Assembly: GCF_009914755.1 (NCBI RefSeq)
Contig: NC_060935.1
Length of the DNA: 64,000 nt
Direction: 5' to 3' (one strand)
Origin: the human T2T-CHM13v2.0 reference genome, Homo sapiens
Positions 1 to 14,524 of the stretch are shown piece by piece. Numbering within the stretch: position 1 is the first letter of the stretch; every line of letters begins with the position of its first letter. The notes under the pieces were generated by a model. The model saw nothing but the letters and a program-made list of their open reading frames with translations. It searched no databases and was not told where the DNA came from. The position numbers and the translations under genes are program-made.

Positions 1-1549
1 GGGCGGAAGGGAGATAACGTAGTGTGAGGGCGGGACGGGTTTTTGCTCGCATTCTTCAAGAGCCCGTTGCTGGGCTCGGGGAGATCACTCCGAAGCCTCT
101 GGCTCGTTTGAATCCGCCCTACCACCCATCCTGGCTACCCTGCACCCAGACCGTCCTGCCTCTAGGGGTGTCAAGTGACCCTGGCTTAGCATTAAATAAG
201 GTCTTCTCCCCTATATTATAAATAAAGAAGCCAAAGGCGTCTTCAGGTGGAGTCGCTTTATGTTCAAAGCTCCAGAGAATCCAGGGGATTCTCCAAAATG
301 TTTTAAGCCCTGCTCTGGAGCTTTGACCTCGATAGAAAAATTTAAAAGAATCCAAAGTGTCACCCCGTCATCCTCTTGTCATGATTTTAGAGGACAGTAG
401 AGCCATTAGAGATGAGACTTTTATGAACTGTTGTGGTAAGGTTAGGGAGCAGGAAAGCCATGATATCAAGGGCCCCTCTGATGACCCCCCAGGAGATGGA
501 GTCGACATGATCATGGAAAAAGATGAACAGGTCGTTAGTGTATTTTCACTGTAAACAGTATTCAAACTAAAGAGTTTTGAGACATAATGTACCCATCGCT
601 CTTCAGAACACCTAGTGGCAGTCGCTCGGTTTGTTTGCATTGTTCTGGGGAATGTTTGCTTGTGGCCTTGTTGCATCGATGGACAGGGTTATTTCCAGGA
701 TACCGTGGCTCTCGGCACACCATTCTTTTCTCTCCAAGGTGTGTGCCCTGCTAAGAGAGTGAGTGCTGCTAGCAGTGGGCCTGTTCAGTGTCCCCTCCTG
801 CCCAGAAGGAACAACTAAGGAGTCCTGTGGAGAGCCTGCCCACAGTTTTCAGGCTGCCTTATTGCTCTGTCTCTGCTCCAGTTTTCTACAGATAGGAGGT
901 TGGGTTTGACAAGCATCATCAAATGACCATCCCTAGTGTGCACATTAAGCCAAGCCTCAGACTTTGCCCTGCACCAGTCGGAGCCAGGCAAATGGAATCC
1001 GACTACCTTCTTGTTACATTGTCACAGAGTTTCTTCTTTTATTGGGTTTTGGGGGACATTGCATAGTACTGCCTACTCTTTTTTGATAGGGAAGATTAAA
1101 AATCAACAATAAAATTCCCGTTGATTAAACTCCAGTTTGCTAGGAACCAGGTGTTTATGGATTTTTGTGGGTCATCATTTTGTGATCGTGCTATCAATCT
1201 AGTGAAGAAGAAAAGGAATGTGGCTCAGATGCCTGAGTCAAATCCTGAAGTCAGAGGCTGTGTAAGAATGCAGATATTAATTGATCACTTAATAAGTGCC
1301 TAATATCTGCCAGGTACTGCTCTAGATGTTGCTAGGGATACAGCAGTGAATAAGCAGATGTGTCTGTGCTCCAGAACTCCTGGAGCCTACATTTTACCAA
1401 CAAACAACCATAATTTAGTGAAACGAAGTGCCATGAGAAACATAAGTTAAGGGGACAGACTAGAGCAGTGGTTCTCAATCTTGGCTGCTGTGCATTGGAA
1501 TCCCATAAGGGTCTTTAAAAGATACCTGGGCCCCTTTCCCCCAATTCTA

Positions 1550-1850
<301 letters not shown>

Positions 1851-1911
1851 CCTTTCCCCCAGTTCTGTTAGAATTGTTCTGGGTTATGGCCTGGGCATTA
1901 AGGTTTGGGGA

Positions 1912-2233
1912 TTTTTTGTTTTGTTTTGTTTTTTGTTTTTTTTTTTTTTGAGACGGGGTCCTGCTCAAGTGACAACCCAAGCTGAAATGCAGTGGCATGA
2001 TCATAGCTCACTGCAGCCTTGACCTCCTGGGCTCAGCGATCCTCCTGCCTTAGCCTCCCAAGTAGCTGGGACTGCAGGCATGCACCACCATGCCTGGCTA
2101 ATTTTTGTATTTTTTGTAGAGATGGGGTTTCACCATGTTCTCCAGGCTGGTCTTGAACTCATGGGCTTAAGCAATCACCTGCGTCAACCTCCCGAAGTGC
2201 TGTGATTGCAAGTATGAGCCACTGTGCCCGGCC
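1912..2233 (-). mobile_element. Alu (AluJ-like)
   Basis: gatcatagctcactgcagccttgacctcctgggctc pattern; TSD tgggcattaaggttt. Confidence 0.93.
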
Positions 2234-4702
2234 TTGGGCATTAAGGTTTTTAAAGCTCTTATTGCAGCAAAGCTTAAGAAGCACTGGACTAGAGAACCTC
2301 AGTCCTGAGACGGGCAACCTAGGAAGTATGTTGCAGTGCATTGGCAGGAAGTCTAATTAATGTTGGCATTCAGAAGAAAGAGATGAAGTAACACAAACAG
2401 ATTGAATATAATAACTGCTCCTGGGCCTGGAAACAGACACACTCCTACCACCTCCACCATTCTGCTTGCTTCCTGGATCAGTTGAAGGCAGAGCTGCATT
2501 CTCTTTTGTGCACAAAGTTGGGGATAGAGGGGAGGGCTGGAGCCAGCCATATCTTGACATGACTGTAGTATGTGTAATCGTCCCGTGGTTGTTTCTGGAT
2601 TCCAAGAGTGGTCTAAGAGAATTGTGCTGCAGCATAATGTCCTAGCTCTGCAACTGCTTAAGTTGTCTCTGAGAAGCCTCCCTGGGAAGGGCAAGGGACC
2701 ATCTGCAAGGAGGGGAGGACCCAAAATCTGTGACTCTGTTTCCCTCCTGCTCCTTCTACACTGACTCCCACACAATGTTTTTCTGCAGAGGAAATCAGAT
2801 TAAAATAACTATGAATGGCACTAAGAGTAAAAACGGACAGAGAAATGCAACCAAGAAATACACATATTGATTAGCAAGAAGAAGCCTAGCATACTTCTTG
2901 CCCTGGTGATGGTGGGAAGTTTACGGGCTAATTGTAGCTATATGAGCCTCAGGACTTTTTTTTTTTTTTCCAAGTGCTACTTGGCTAAGCCCTTTCACAT
3001 TTTCCCCAGCCTCACCTTCCCCAGATTTGCTACATCTAGAAGGAGGTACTGCAGCAAGAAGATAAACTAAAGGAAGATGTGAGCAGTTCCTAGATTTTAA
3101 AATGACCTCTGTGGTTTTTCATTACCTTTCTCTCCCCACTGCAACTTGGATAGGTGTTAGCAACAGTTCCTCTTCCACTTTATTTAAATCATTTTGTCCC
3201 TGGCTCTGTGCTGCGCCTCTTTCAGGAGCTTCTGGGACAGAGGGAATTTGTAGAAATAAAATATGTTCCCTCTCAGCCCATTTCTCTTAGAATTGGTAAA
3301 TGAGGTAAACTGGGAACTTCCCAGGATGCCCCATGAGAACAAGTGTGTCTCTCTTCCCAGATGCTGAGAGCTGAACACTGTTGGACTGTTGGGAAGTGGA
3401 TTGAGAACGCTAGTCTACTGGCAGGGAAACAGGAGCTTCTCTGAGCTATTCACATTGGTACCTGAGAGAGGCACTTTACTGTTCTGCTGCCAAGGAAATG
3501 TTTCTGTTTGCCCAAAGGGGATAAAAACCTTCATCTTTCTCTTTGAAATTAGGAAAGAATAAATATATTTTTAAAATAATAAGAATTTAATATTTAAGTA
3601 TTTCTAAATATCACTCAGATACTTAGAAATAAATCCCTGCCAGAGATTGTGAGTTTAGGTTATCCTTTTCCATGGGGCTTAAGCTCTCTTAATTACTTAG
3701 GAAAAATTAATTTCTATTAATATCCTATGTAGCCAATCTGTGCCAGCCAGTGGTATCATCATCGTTGTTAGATAACCTTGCCTTGAAGCAGAGGAACTTG
3801 GTCAAGGACAGCCTGGACCCAAAAGAATTCACTGTTATCCTCCCTCCCCCCATTAACAACAAATAAATAAAATATTCCTCAACACAGGATCAGCCATTCC
3901 TAGAGAAGGCCTTCCCTAAATATGAGTACTTAATCAAAGGATCTGCTTGTTTTATTCTAAAAGGCTAGCCTTGTAGAGTCCCTGAGTTATAGTGTCCTCT
4001 CTATATTTTTGGAAATCCCAGTCTGGTTTTCTCCAGTTCTGCCTGCCTCTGGCTCCAGAGCACTTACATAATAATGTAATTCAGTTGCACATGTTGTCTA
4101 ATCCAAAGGGTAAGCTTTGCTCTCCCAGGACCATGTGCTCTGAATTTTGGCCATGTGAGCTCAGCTAAGAGCTGCCAAGGGTGAAGTGCCAGCCCCCAAC
4201 ACCACCATCTCCAATGCCCAGGCCAGTTTCCTTCAGAGTCCCCTCATTGGAGTAAAGAGAAATTGGAGTAAAGAGGAGGGTTCTAAGGGACCACAGAAGG
4301 CCCAAGGTTCTCTCTGGTGAAAGAATGCATATACCTGCCCACTGAGCCTTTGCCCAGTCGCAGCACTGCTCCAAATGTGAGGGACAGCTGTCACCTGGCA
4401 GGCCTCAAAGGTAGTACCCTAGTGGTGGCTTCTCATTCTCTGCATTCTCTGGCTGCCTGGAGTCTGGAGATACTGGGGACCCTCCTCACATCCCTGTCTA
4501 TTGCCTCCGTGTGGTGGCTGTCCTGAGCCCTCCCTTCCCGGGTTGACTCGGGAGGGAAGTTGGAAGAAGCAGAGCATTTCTAGCAGGCCAAAGGGGAGGC
4601 AGAAATATGGATGCTCAAGAGAGAAAGTTTAGTACAAGCAAACTAGAAGCAAAGAAAGGCAACTTGTAACAGAGACTAGAAGTAAAGTTCAGTTTTCTAG
4701 AG

Positions 4703-4865
4703 TAGTGCTTGTGAAACTTTAATATGCAAATGAATCACCAGGGGATCTTGCTAAAATACAGATTCTAATTTTGGAGGTCTGGGTTAGAGCCTGAGATTCT
4801 GCATTTCAACAGACTCCTGGGTGTTTCACAGCCAATGCTGCTGATTGTCAGACCACACTCAGAGG
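4703..4865. mobile_element. MER5A-like DNA transposon relic
   Basis: gaatcaccaggggatcttgctaaaatacagattct...gcctgagattctgcatttc matches the MER5A core. Confidence 0.7.
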
Positions 4866-4974
4866 AGGAAAGATCTGGCAGCAGAGGTGTTGCTGGCCTT
4901 TGAGTTGGCCTGTGGTGCTCCCTAATGGCTGAGCCCAGGGCAGCACAGCCTCAGTGCTCTGTTTGTTGAGAGGC

Positions 4975-5240
4975 AGTGGCTGGCTAAAAACGAACATGTC
5001 AAGCCTGACAGATTGCCTAGGTTTGAATTCTGGCCACTTACTAGGTATATGATGTTGGGCAAGTTTCATAATCTCTCTATGCCTCAGTTCCCTCATCTAT
5101 AAAATGGGAATAATAATATTACCTACTTGATTGGGCTGTTTGAGAATTAAATGAGGTAATGTATGTGAAACAAGTAGAATAGTGCCTGTCATTGTAAATG
5201 CTTATTAAATGTTAATCATTGCCATTATTATCATTATTTT
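4975..5240 (+). mobile_element. MIR SINE
   Basis: Core gcctcagttccctcatctataaaatgggaataataat. Confidence 0.85.
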
Positions 5241-6327
5241 TATTTAGTTGCTGGGTTCAGAGTTGGGCCTTCTACCAGCCTCACATCTCTGCTTCCTGCT
5301 ATAAACATCTTTTGTGAAAGAAGAAAAGGGCTCTCATAGGATTAGCTGTACTTTAGAGATGCTACGAGGAATCTCTCCTTTTAGTAAATGAGGTCTAAAA
5401 ATAAAGTTCTATAGAAGGCAGATTGCTACATGTTCTGGAACCTAGATTTCATGTGCATTCCAACCTTATTTATAGCTTCAAATCAAAGTCCTATGCAGCC
5501 TGGTGGACTGTGAAGGAAAAGACCCCCAAAGCGCATGGCAAGGACACTCCTGGGAGCTGCAGATGGAGGACCTGTGTCCTGGGGTTATGAAATTTAAATC
5601 ACTGCTCCTAGCCCTAGGCATTCTACCTGGCAGGGTCCAGGTTTCAGATGGCATGAGACCATTTGCATGGATTTCTCTTCTTTTCCTTCCAGAAGAGTGG
5701 TGAGGCTTGGGGGAGGCCAACACAAGTGACGCACTTGCAGCTCCCTGTTCCTTTTCTGGAGGTGTCAATTTTTCAAAAACAGAAATTCACAGAGGTGGAG
5801 CTTTTGGTTTGCATAAAGCAGCATTCAACCTGTTTGTCTTCCATCCCAACCTCTCAGAGAGTCTTCCTCATGCTCTTTTGCAAACATGATGCTTTGAGCC
5901 GAGGCCAGGGCTCAGCCCATGCTAGAATGTGGGTCGGTGGCATTGGCCGTAGGAGTGTGTCAAGTTGTGTACGTCAGAGGCAGCAGTGGGGGCTGGTTCT
6001 AGTTGGCAGCCTGGGAATAGTCACTGCTTCTGTAAGCCTCCAGTAGTCAGGGAATGTGACTGTGATGTGCCATTTCTATTGTTGACAGAGAAAAATGCTG
6101 GGGATGGGTGGAGACCCAAGGGGTAGATAGCAGGTGCCTCAGAGGTATCTGTGACATATGCAGATTGACCTGTGGGTTCTTGAAGAAGAAGATAAGAATG
6201 CCAGTGGATTACCTGTAGTCACATTGCTATTAGAGAACAGGATTCCAAACTCCTGAGGGCCTGCAGAATCTCAGCCCCTGGAACAGAGTTGGTGTGCAAC
6301 TAGAAATCTTTAGAAATGGGGCACAGA

Positions 6328-6662
<335 letters not shown>

Positions 6663-6669
6663 TCAGAGT

Positions 6670-6835
6670 GACCACCCTAGGTTCCTGAATCCCCAGCTTT
6701 GTCACTTAACAGCTATGGTCTTAGACAAATTAATTCACCTCTGAGTGTCTCAGTTTCCTCATCTATAAAATAAGGATGGTACTATTTCCTTCAAAATAGT
6801 TGAGAGAATTAAATGCAGAAATGCACTTAAAAAGC
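6670..6835 (+). mobile_element. MIR SINE
   Basis: ctcagtttcctcatctataaaat core. Confidence 0.75.
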
Positions 6836-7534
6836 ATGACAGAACCAAAATCCCATTGATAACCTTGGTTGCCTCTGGGGAGTGAGGGAGGGGAAAACCC
6901 TTTCTACTATGTACCACTTTGTCACTGGAATTTTGAGCCACATGAATAGTTTATCTGGTTATAATGTTAATTTAATTTAAAAATAAAACGCTGAAGGCAC
7001 TCAGCAAATGTTAATGTCCTTTCCCTTTCCCCTGGTGATCCAGGTCTCCTGCTGAAGTTCTTGCCTAGCTGCGGTCTTCCCCACCCCCACCCCCACAAAA
7101 ATGTGAAGATAGCTATTGAGAAGTACCTTTTAAGGCCTTCTCCCTCTTGGGATGAGAACCTGATCACCAGAGCCCTGGAGAGGCCTGGAGAGTGAGCCAC
7201 CTGCCAAACAAAGCTCTGGGAACTAGGGACCCATTGCAGGCTGTGAGGCTGTGGCAGCAGAAATACGCATGGCCCAGAGCATGCATGCAGAAAGTCAAGG
7301 AGTCTTTTCCACCAGAGTAAGGAGGATTTTCCCGGCTGTGGCAGTCTGGTCCTCTGCTAAGAGGACCTTAATGCTTCATACCACAGTATTGCACTGGCTT
7401 TTCAGATGGCTCCCATGTGAGTCTCACAACAACCTCATGCTGGGCAGATACTTATATCTAGCCCCAGAGACTGCGAGGGAGTAAGTGACTAGCCTCTGAT
7501 CACACAGAAACACCACACTAGGAACAGCTCACAT

Positions 7535-7730
7535 TTATCTCATGATGTCTGTGTGCCAGGCACAGTGCTAAATGTTTTTCACACATTATTCGATTTTCTT
7601 TTCTTAGCAATTTTATGAGATGGGTACTAACATCAGCTTCACATTACCGGCGAGAAAACAGGCAAAGAGGTTAGGTTATTGCCTAAAGTCACACAGCTAG
7701 TAAGTGGCAAGACCAGGGTTTGAAGCAGAG
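7535..7730 (-). mobile_element. MIR SINE
   Basis: gtcacacagctagtaagtggc...gggtttgaa reverse MIR motifs. Confidence 0.7.
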
Positions 7731-7905
7731 CAGCGCTGATCCACTACCACATCCCTCCTGGGCTGGAACCCAGGCCTCTCCAGCCCTAGTGATCATGAGG
7801 CTGCCTGTTGGGCATAAACAGCGAACCAGTTTCTCCCTGCTTTGTTAGGAAAGAGAGCCACTCTTCATGATGTTATCACTAACAAGGCCTGTGTGGACTC
7901 CGCAG

Positions 7906-8014
7906 GTTCCTACTTCAGTCTCTGGAAGATTTGGACACAAGTTTAAGGAAACTGAACTCCCGCCTGTTTGTAGTCCGGGGACAGCCAGCCGACGTGTTCC
8001 CAAGGCTGTTCAAG
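7906..8014 (+). CDS. CRY2: Cryptochrome-2 coding exon 2 (exon 1 upstream of window)
   Basis: cag|G...AAG|gtaagc; encodes (R)[36 protein letters not shown], photolyase/cryptochrome N-terminal domain; 109 nt. Confidence 0.97.
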
Positions 8015-8440
8015 GTAAGCGTGCAGAGCCCCAGAGAAGACAGTGAGATTCTGTCCCTGAGGGTTTCCCCACAGCCTGAGTGATATGATATTCCGACTGA
8101 GGGAATGGAAACATCAGGGCTGGTCTGGCTGTTGCTGCTAGAGAAGTTGGGAGCAAAGGCAGCCAGTTAGCTTGCTCTTGGAATGGAAACTGTGTTAAGG
8201 AAAAAAATTCTGGGAAACCAGTGTCTTGTTGGAAAGCTCTCAGCTCAGTCCAGACATAGGATGTGGTAAGTCATTCCACTCTGGATGCCACTGGCTTCCT
8301 TCAATGTTTTCTTGGCTCAAGCCAGCCAGATTTATTAGGGTTCCTTCTAGGCCAAGACTTTGAGGGTGGGGTTTCATGTCTAGCAAGGTACATTTCCCAT
8401 CTTGCTTTGCTCTGCTTATTGGGAAAAGTCAGCCTTTTCT

Positions 8441-8936
<496 letters not shown>

Positions 8937-10655
8937 TCACCCTCAGCAGCACACAATGATTGTCATGCCCCTCCCCACCCTAACTCCGAGACAAAAGGAA
9001 AAGTCATGTCAAGGCAAACAGCTTAGTGAATACATCATCCTTCAATTCCCCTCCCCGTAACCCCACACATAATTGTGCATACATGTACAAATCACACAGT
9101 GCTAGTAATTGCCCACATTCATTGAGGGCTGCCTATGAGTCAAGCGCTGTTCCCAGTGCTTGTTTACATCAACTGAGTTCTTCCTCACAGCAGGCCTAAG
9201 AGGTGGCTACTGCTATCCCGATTTACAGGAGAGGAAACAGTCATTGGTTGTGAAGTTAATAAGTGACGATCTTGGATTCTGACTCTAGAGCTGTATCCTT
9301 ACCCACCATACCATATAAATACATTTGCCTCCCTTCTCCCCTCGACATTGCCCTTTTTCTCCCCCAGCAACTCAGAGGCCAACCCACTTATATCCCAGAG
9401 ATATAGCTAGGTCATCCATTCAGTCATGTAATGTATTTTTATTGAGCTTCTGCTAGGTACTAGGCCCCATACTAGGTATAAGGGTAATGATGATGAGTGA
9501 GACAACATGGTTTCTGCTCTGAGAGTTCACACTAATAGGGGAAACAGGCAAGTGTATCATTGTCATATAATACATGCTGCAGTGGAAAAAAGACAAGGTG
9601 CAGAAGAATTATATTGAAGGAGGAGGTCAAGAAGGCTTCTTGGAGAAAATGTAATTTAATAATATTGTTATTCACAGGTTACAATGAGTATTCAGTGATG
9701 TAACCTATATGAACTATAAGCATGGTACCTGGCATATAGCAAGGGCTCAATCAATGTTTAATGCTGATATCCTCGAATGAGGGATAACTGGCCCTGCTAA
9801 GGACCCAGTCCCCGGGCAGGGCTGAGTCAGGACCAGACCAGCCTGTGCATGGCTAGGACATTTGCCCCTGTGGTTCAGAGCTTTCAGAGACTATGACCAG
9901 AGACTTTGGAGAATGTGTTTTTCTTCTTGCAAGTTGCATGCTCTAGGGCTTTCTGTGGGTTGACTGTACAACCATTCACTGGGCCAGCTTGCTATGAGAT
10001 CTAGAAATTCCTACCAGAAATGACTAAAGGCTTAGGAAAGAACTTCCTCCTTTTCAACATGTAGCCCCTCTGGTCAGTTTCCTCTGACCTCCAGACTAAG
10101 GATCGCTTCCCCTTTCCTGACTCTCTCAGGGCTGGAACCTATTAGCTCTGTTTGCTATTGGCCTCAGGAGTGTTGCTGTGGAAACAATTAAGACACTTCA
10201 CATAGCACAACTCTGCCAAGAAAACTAGGCCACAAGTCTGCAGGGCTGTGAGGAGCTCTGGGAAAAGCTTGCTGAGCAGGCAGAAGGCTGTGGTCCTGTC
10301 CCACCTGTGAGTCAGTGCCACTCTCTGGGACTGGGGGTTTCCCAGGAGCGTTGTATTTATGGCCTCCTGCTGCATTCTCCTACCTCAAGGACACAGCAAG
10401 TGCACAAGGCTGCCTACCTCTCTCCCAACTCCACTGTTGCTGTGCTGTTGGCTTCGCCACACTGCCTGCCCTCCTCAAACTTTGTGAACCTCAGCTTGTT
10501 TGCTTTCCAGATCAAATCCCTGTTCCTAGTTTTTTCTGCTGCCCATCAGATAGGTCTCTAGACTAGCTCTGTTCTCTCCCAGGAAGGAACTGAGAGTCCA
10601 GCTTCCCCCTCCTCCCCAAACACAGTGTTGAGCATAACAGATCCTCTCCCCACAG

Positions 10656-10798
10656 GAATGGGGAGTGACCCGCTTGACCTTTGAATATGACTCTGAACCC
10701 TTTGGGAAAGAACGGGATGCAGCCATCATGAAGATGGCCAAGGAGGCTGGTGTGGAAGTAGTGACGGAGAATTCTCATACCCTCTATGACCTGGACAG
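10656..10798 (+). CDS. CRY2: CRY2 exon 3
   Basis: cag|GAATGG...GACAG|gtaaga; [47 protein letters not shown]; 143 nt, in frame with exon 2. Confidence 0.97.
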
Positions 10799-11203
10799 GT
10801 AAGAGATGGGGCCCAGGGATCAGGTTACCAATTGTGAGAGTTAGTAATTTGGGCCCCTGCTGAGCGGAACTCAGAGAGGTTCAGCATTAGGGCTACCTGA
10901 CCCAGGAGGCATGGCATCTTCTAGAAGCTGGAGGAGAATAGGCCAGAGTCAGGACCTGTAGAACAGGTCACAAAGAGCTTTACCCCATTGAGGTGGCAGA
11001 GAGGCTTGTTAGGCCCAAAGCATGGAAGCAGTGAGGACCCACACTCAGGGTATTTACAAATCTGCTCCTAGTATGCCCGAGTCCCACCTGTGCCTCATAT
11101 TCCCACTTCCATCCTGCTCAACAGCTGCCCTCTGACCTCAGTGGACCCTGTCTGTTACCCCTCCAACAGACCTCTGTTCACACAGGTCCAGTTTTTGTAC
11201 CTA

Positions 11204-11514
<311 letters not shown>

Positions 11515-11707
11515 GAGTTCCCAGGTTCTATGACTATCTGGGTTTCCAGGCCATGTTGCTTGGTGGCGGGGAGGGCTCTAGAGATCCCTGCAGGGAGCTG
11601 CTAACTACAGAGGAGCCTCCTCCCCTGGTGACAGCCTCTGTGCTTTCAGAGATTCTAGGAGGAAATCCTCTCCTCCCCTTCCCTGCCATGCCAGAGCTGT
11701 CACCCTC

Positions 11708-11737
11708 CTGCTGCTGCTGCTGCTGTTGCTGCTGCTG
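11708..11737 (+). repeat. (CTG)6 TTG (CTG)3 interrupted trinucleotide repeat in CRY2 intron 3
   Basis: Read directly. Confidence 0.95.
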
Positions 11738-12784
11738 CCAAGCCAGCAGCCGCCGCCGCTCCCCACCCCCACTTCCCAACCCAGTGCTGGCTGCCAAGAA
11801 GCCAGGTCACACAGCTGTGCACGTGAGCCGGGCCCTCAGGAGGAGAGGCTGGGTGTGGAGATCCTCCTCCTGCTGCGTGCCAGAGGAGAGGGAGGCATAG
11901 CAGAGGCAGCAGCCGACCATATATCTCCACTAACGTGGGGAGAGCAAACTGAGAAATGAACTCACCCAGCCAGATGGGCCTTGCGTAAGCTACTTCTTGG
12001 CCAAGAAGAGCCCCGGGAATGTGGCTCCATACCATCCCAATTCATCCTTATATAAACAGCCTCCGTTCTCTTCTTCGCCCTCTGATACTCCTTCCTTCTT
12101 GCATGAGTGCAGTTATGTTTTCCCTGGTCATGAAAAATACTTTGTAAACTACAAGACTCTCTTTAAGTATCAGTTGTAGCTATGAACTCTAGCTCCAGTC
12201 TCTGAATTTGGGAGGATAAGCTGTCTTCCACCTCTCTGTTCAATGTTCTAATAAATGGAGGCTAAGAAGGGGATGATTTTCCAAGAAAGGAACATGTCTG
12301 CTATTCCTTATGATGTTAGAGTTAAAAAAAAAAAAAAAAAAAACATGTCTTCAGCTCTTATCAAAGAACTTTCTCCAGGGCTTACATGGGTGGTAGAGGC
12401 CTATGGGGATTCCCTTAGCTTGGACAGATAGGCCAAGTGCCAAGCAGGCTAGTAGGGATTTTTCTGTGATTAGAGATTTTGTCAGTCTCTGTCTTTAGGC
12501 GGCTCTGCGTCAACACCAGGGAGCCCGGAATTGAGTCCCAGCTCTGGCCCTGCCTTGCTCCATTACTGAGGCACCTGCTTCAGCTCTCTGGGCTTTATTT
12601 TCCCTCTCGGTAAAATGGAGATGCGGCCTCCCTTGCCCCCTCCTTTCCACTCAGGCATGGGACCTGTGAGTGGATGAGGAAAGCCACCCTCAAAGCCTTC
12701 AGAGTCTGGGTTCTTTTTTGGGTGGGCAGGGACCCACATCACAGGGCCATGTGGGTAACACTAGCTATGCTTTGGGCTCCCCAG

Positions 12785-12969
12785 GATCATTGAGCTGAAT
12801 GGGCAGAAGCCACCCCTTACATACAAGCGCTTTCAGGCCATCATCAGCCGCATGGAGCTGCCCAAGAAGCCAGTGGGCTTGGTGACCAGCCAGCAGATGG
12901 AGAGCTGCAGGGCCGAGATCCAGGAGAACCACGACGAGACCTACGGCGTGCCCTCCCTGGAGGAGCTGG
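12785..12969 (+). CDS. CRY2: CRY2 exon 4
   Basis: cag|GATC...CTGG|gtgcgt; IIELNGQKPPLTYKRFQAIISRMELPKKP...YGVPSLEEL; 185 nt. Confidence 0.96.
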
Positions 12970-13380
12970 GTGCGTACTTCCTGCCCAGAGCCACTTGTGC
13001 TGGTGCCTGCTTTTGTGTAAAGAAATTCTTTGTGAAAGTAATGCATGTCATTATAGAAAGGTTAGAAAGCACAGGAAAACAAAAATGGAAATGGCAGTCA
13101 CTATTACTCCACCACCCAGAGGTAACCACAATTAATTTTAAACTGTGTCCTTCTAGTATTTGTTCTGTTCATACTCATACATGTAATCTTCTGTTTCTGG
13201 TTCTAGATCATGCCTCTATTTTTGTACTAACCTCTCGCAGACAATACAGGCACTGCCTGGTGCTGGTGTCCATGGGCTTCTCAGTAACAAGATAGCTAGT
13301 ATTGCTTCTGTTGAAAGCAGGGAATCTGTCAGCCTCTCAGATTACTAACTACACTCTTTCACCCCTCCCTCTTTCTTACC

Positions 13381-13677
<297 letters not shown>

Positions 13678-13996
13678 TTTTGAACTGAACAAAGCTATTA
13701 GCCTTTTTCACCTGAAAACCACAGTTGTTGCCAGCTAATCTGAAAAGGCAGGAGGTCCGGGATTGTTGTCATCTACCTGGAGCGATGAGGGTGCAGGGGA
13801 AAGCAGAGAAAATAGTGACTGTGGGAAGAGAACCAAGTTGACCTAGAAAACGCTAAAACTTTAAGGATTATCTAACCCCCAGTAGCACCGAGACACTGTG
13901 GTTCAATTCTCATAAAGTTCAAATAACAGAACAGCCGTGCCGGGCTATCACTGAAATGGTCAAACCTCCTGTCTTGTGACCTTTCCTTCTCTTCAG

Positions 13997-14085
13997 GGTT
14001 CCCCACTGAAGGACTTGGTCCAGCTGTCTGGCAGGGAGGAGAGACAGAAGCTCTGGCCCGCCTGGATAAGCACTTGGAACGGAAG
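13997..14085 (+). CDS. CRY2: CRY2 exon 5
   Basis: cag|GG...AAG|gtatgg; [30 protein letters not shown]; 89 nt. Confidence 0.96.
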
Positions 14086-14254
14086 GTATGGGCCGTTTCT
14101 GAGACACAGAGCTGCAGATACTGATATCCACACAGCAGGAGATACAGGTCATGTCCATGTCCTTTAGTCCCTCTTAGCTCACATTGTTTGGAAAATGAAA
14201 AATCCTCCTATCCTCCTGATGGCCATAACAACAGCAACACTAACAGCAACTACC

Positions 14255-14440
14255 ATTTAGAGAGTACTTACCATGTGCTGGTCACTAGGCTCAGCATTTC
14301 TGGGTTAAGCACCTGCTGGCATTTCTTTTAATCTTTCCAACAGCCCTGCAAGGTAGGTACTAAGCTGTTCATTCTACAGATTACAAAATTGAGGCTTAGA
14401 GAGGTTAAGTAACTTGCCTGAGGTCACAAAGTTAGTAATT
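14255..14440 (-). mobile_element. MIR SINE
   Basis: gaggcttagagaggttaagtaacttgcctgaggtcaca. Confidence 0.75.
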
Positions 14441-14441
14441 A

Positions 14442-14524
14442 CAGGTTGAGTATCCCTTATCCAAAGTGCTTGGGACCAAAAGTGTTTCAGATTTTAGATT
14501 CTTGAATTAGGAATGCTCACCTTA
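14442..14524. mobile_element. Internally deleted Tigger4/MER46-type MITE
   Basis: ta|caggttgagtatcccttatccaaa... and ...ttaggaatgctcacctt termini, same family as 40952-41297. Confidence 0.7.

Noticed and set aside
3599-3631. AT-rich inverted repeat tatttctaa...ttagaaata
   Set aside because: Expected by chance in low-complexity AT-rich sequence.
11534-11900. Poly-Gln, poly-Cys and poly-Ala ORFs over the CTG repeat
   Set aside because: They are frames of the same triplet repeat, with no recognisable homology or exon structure.
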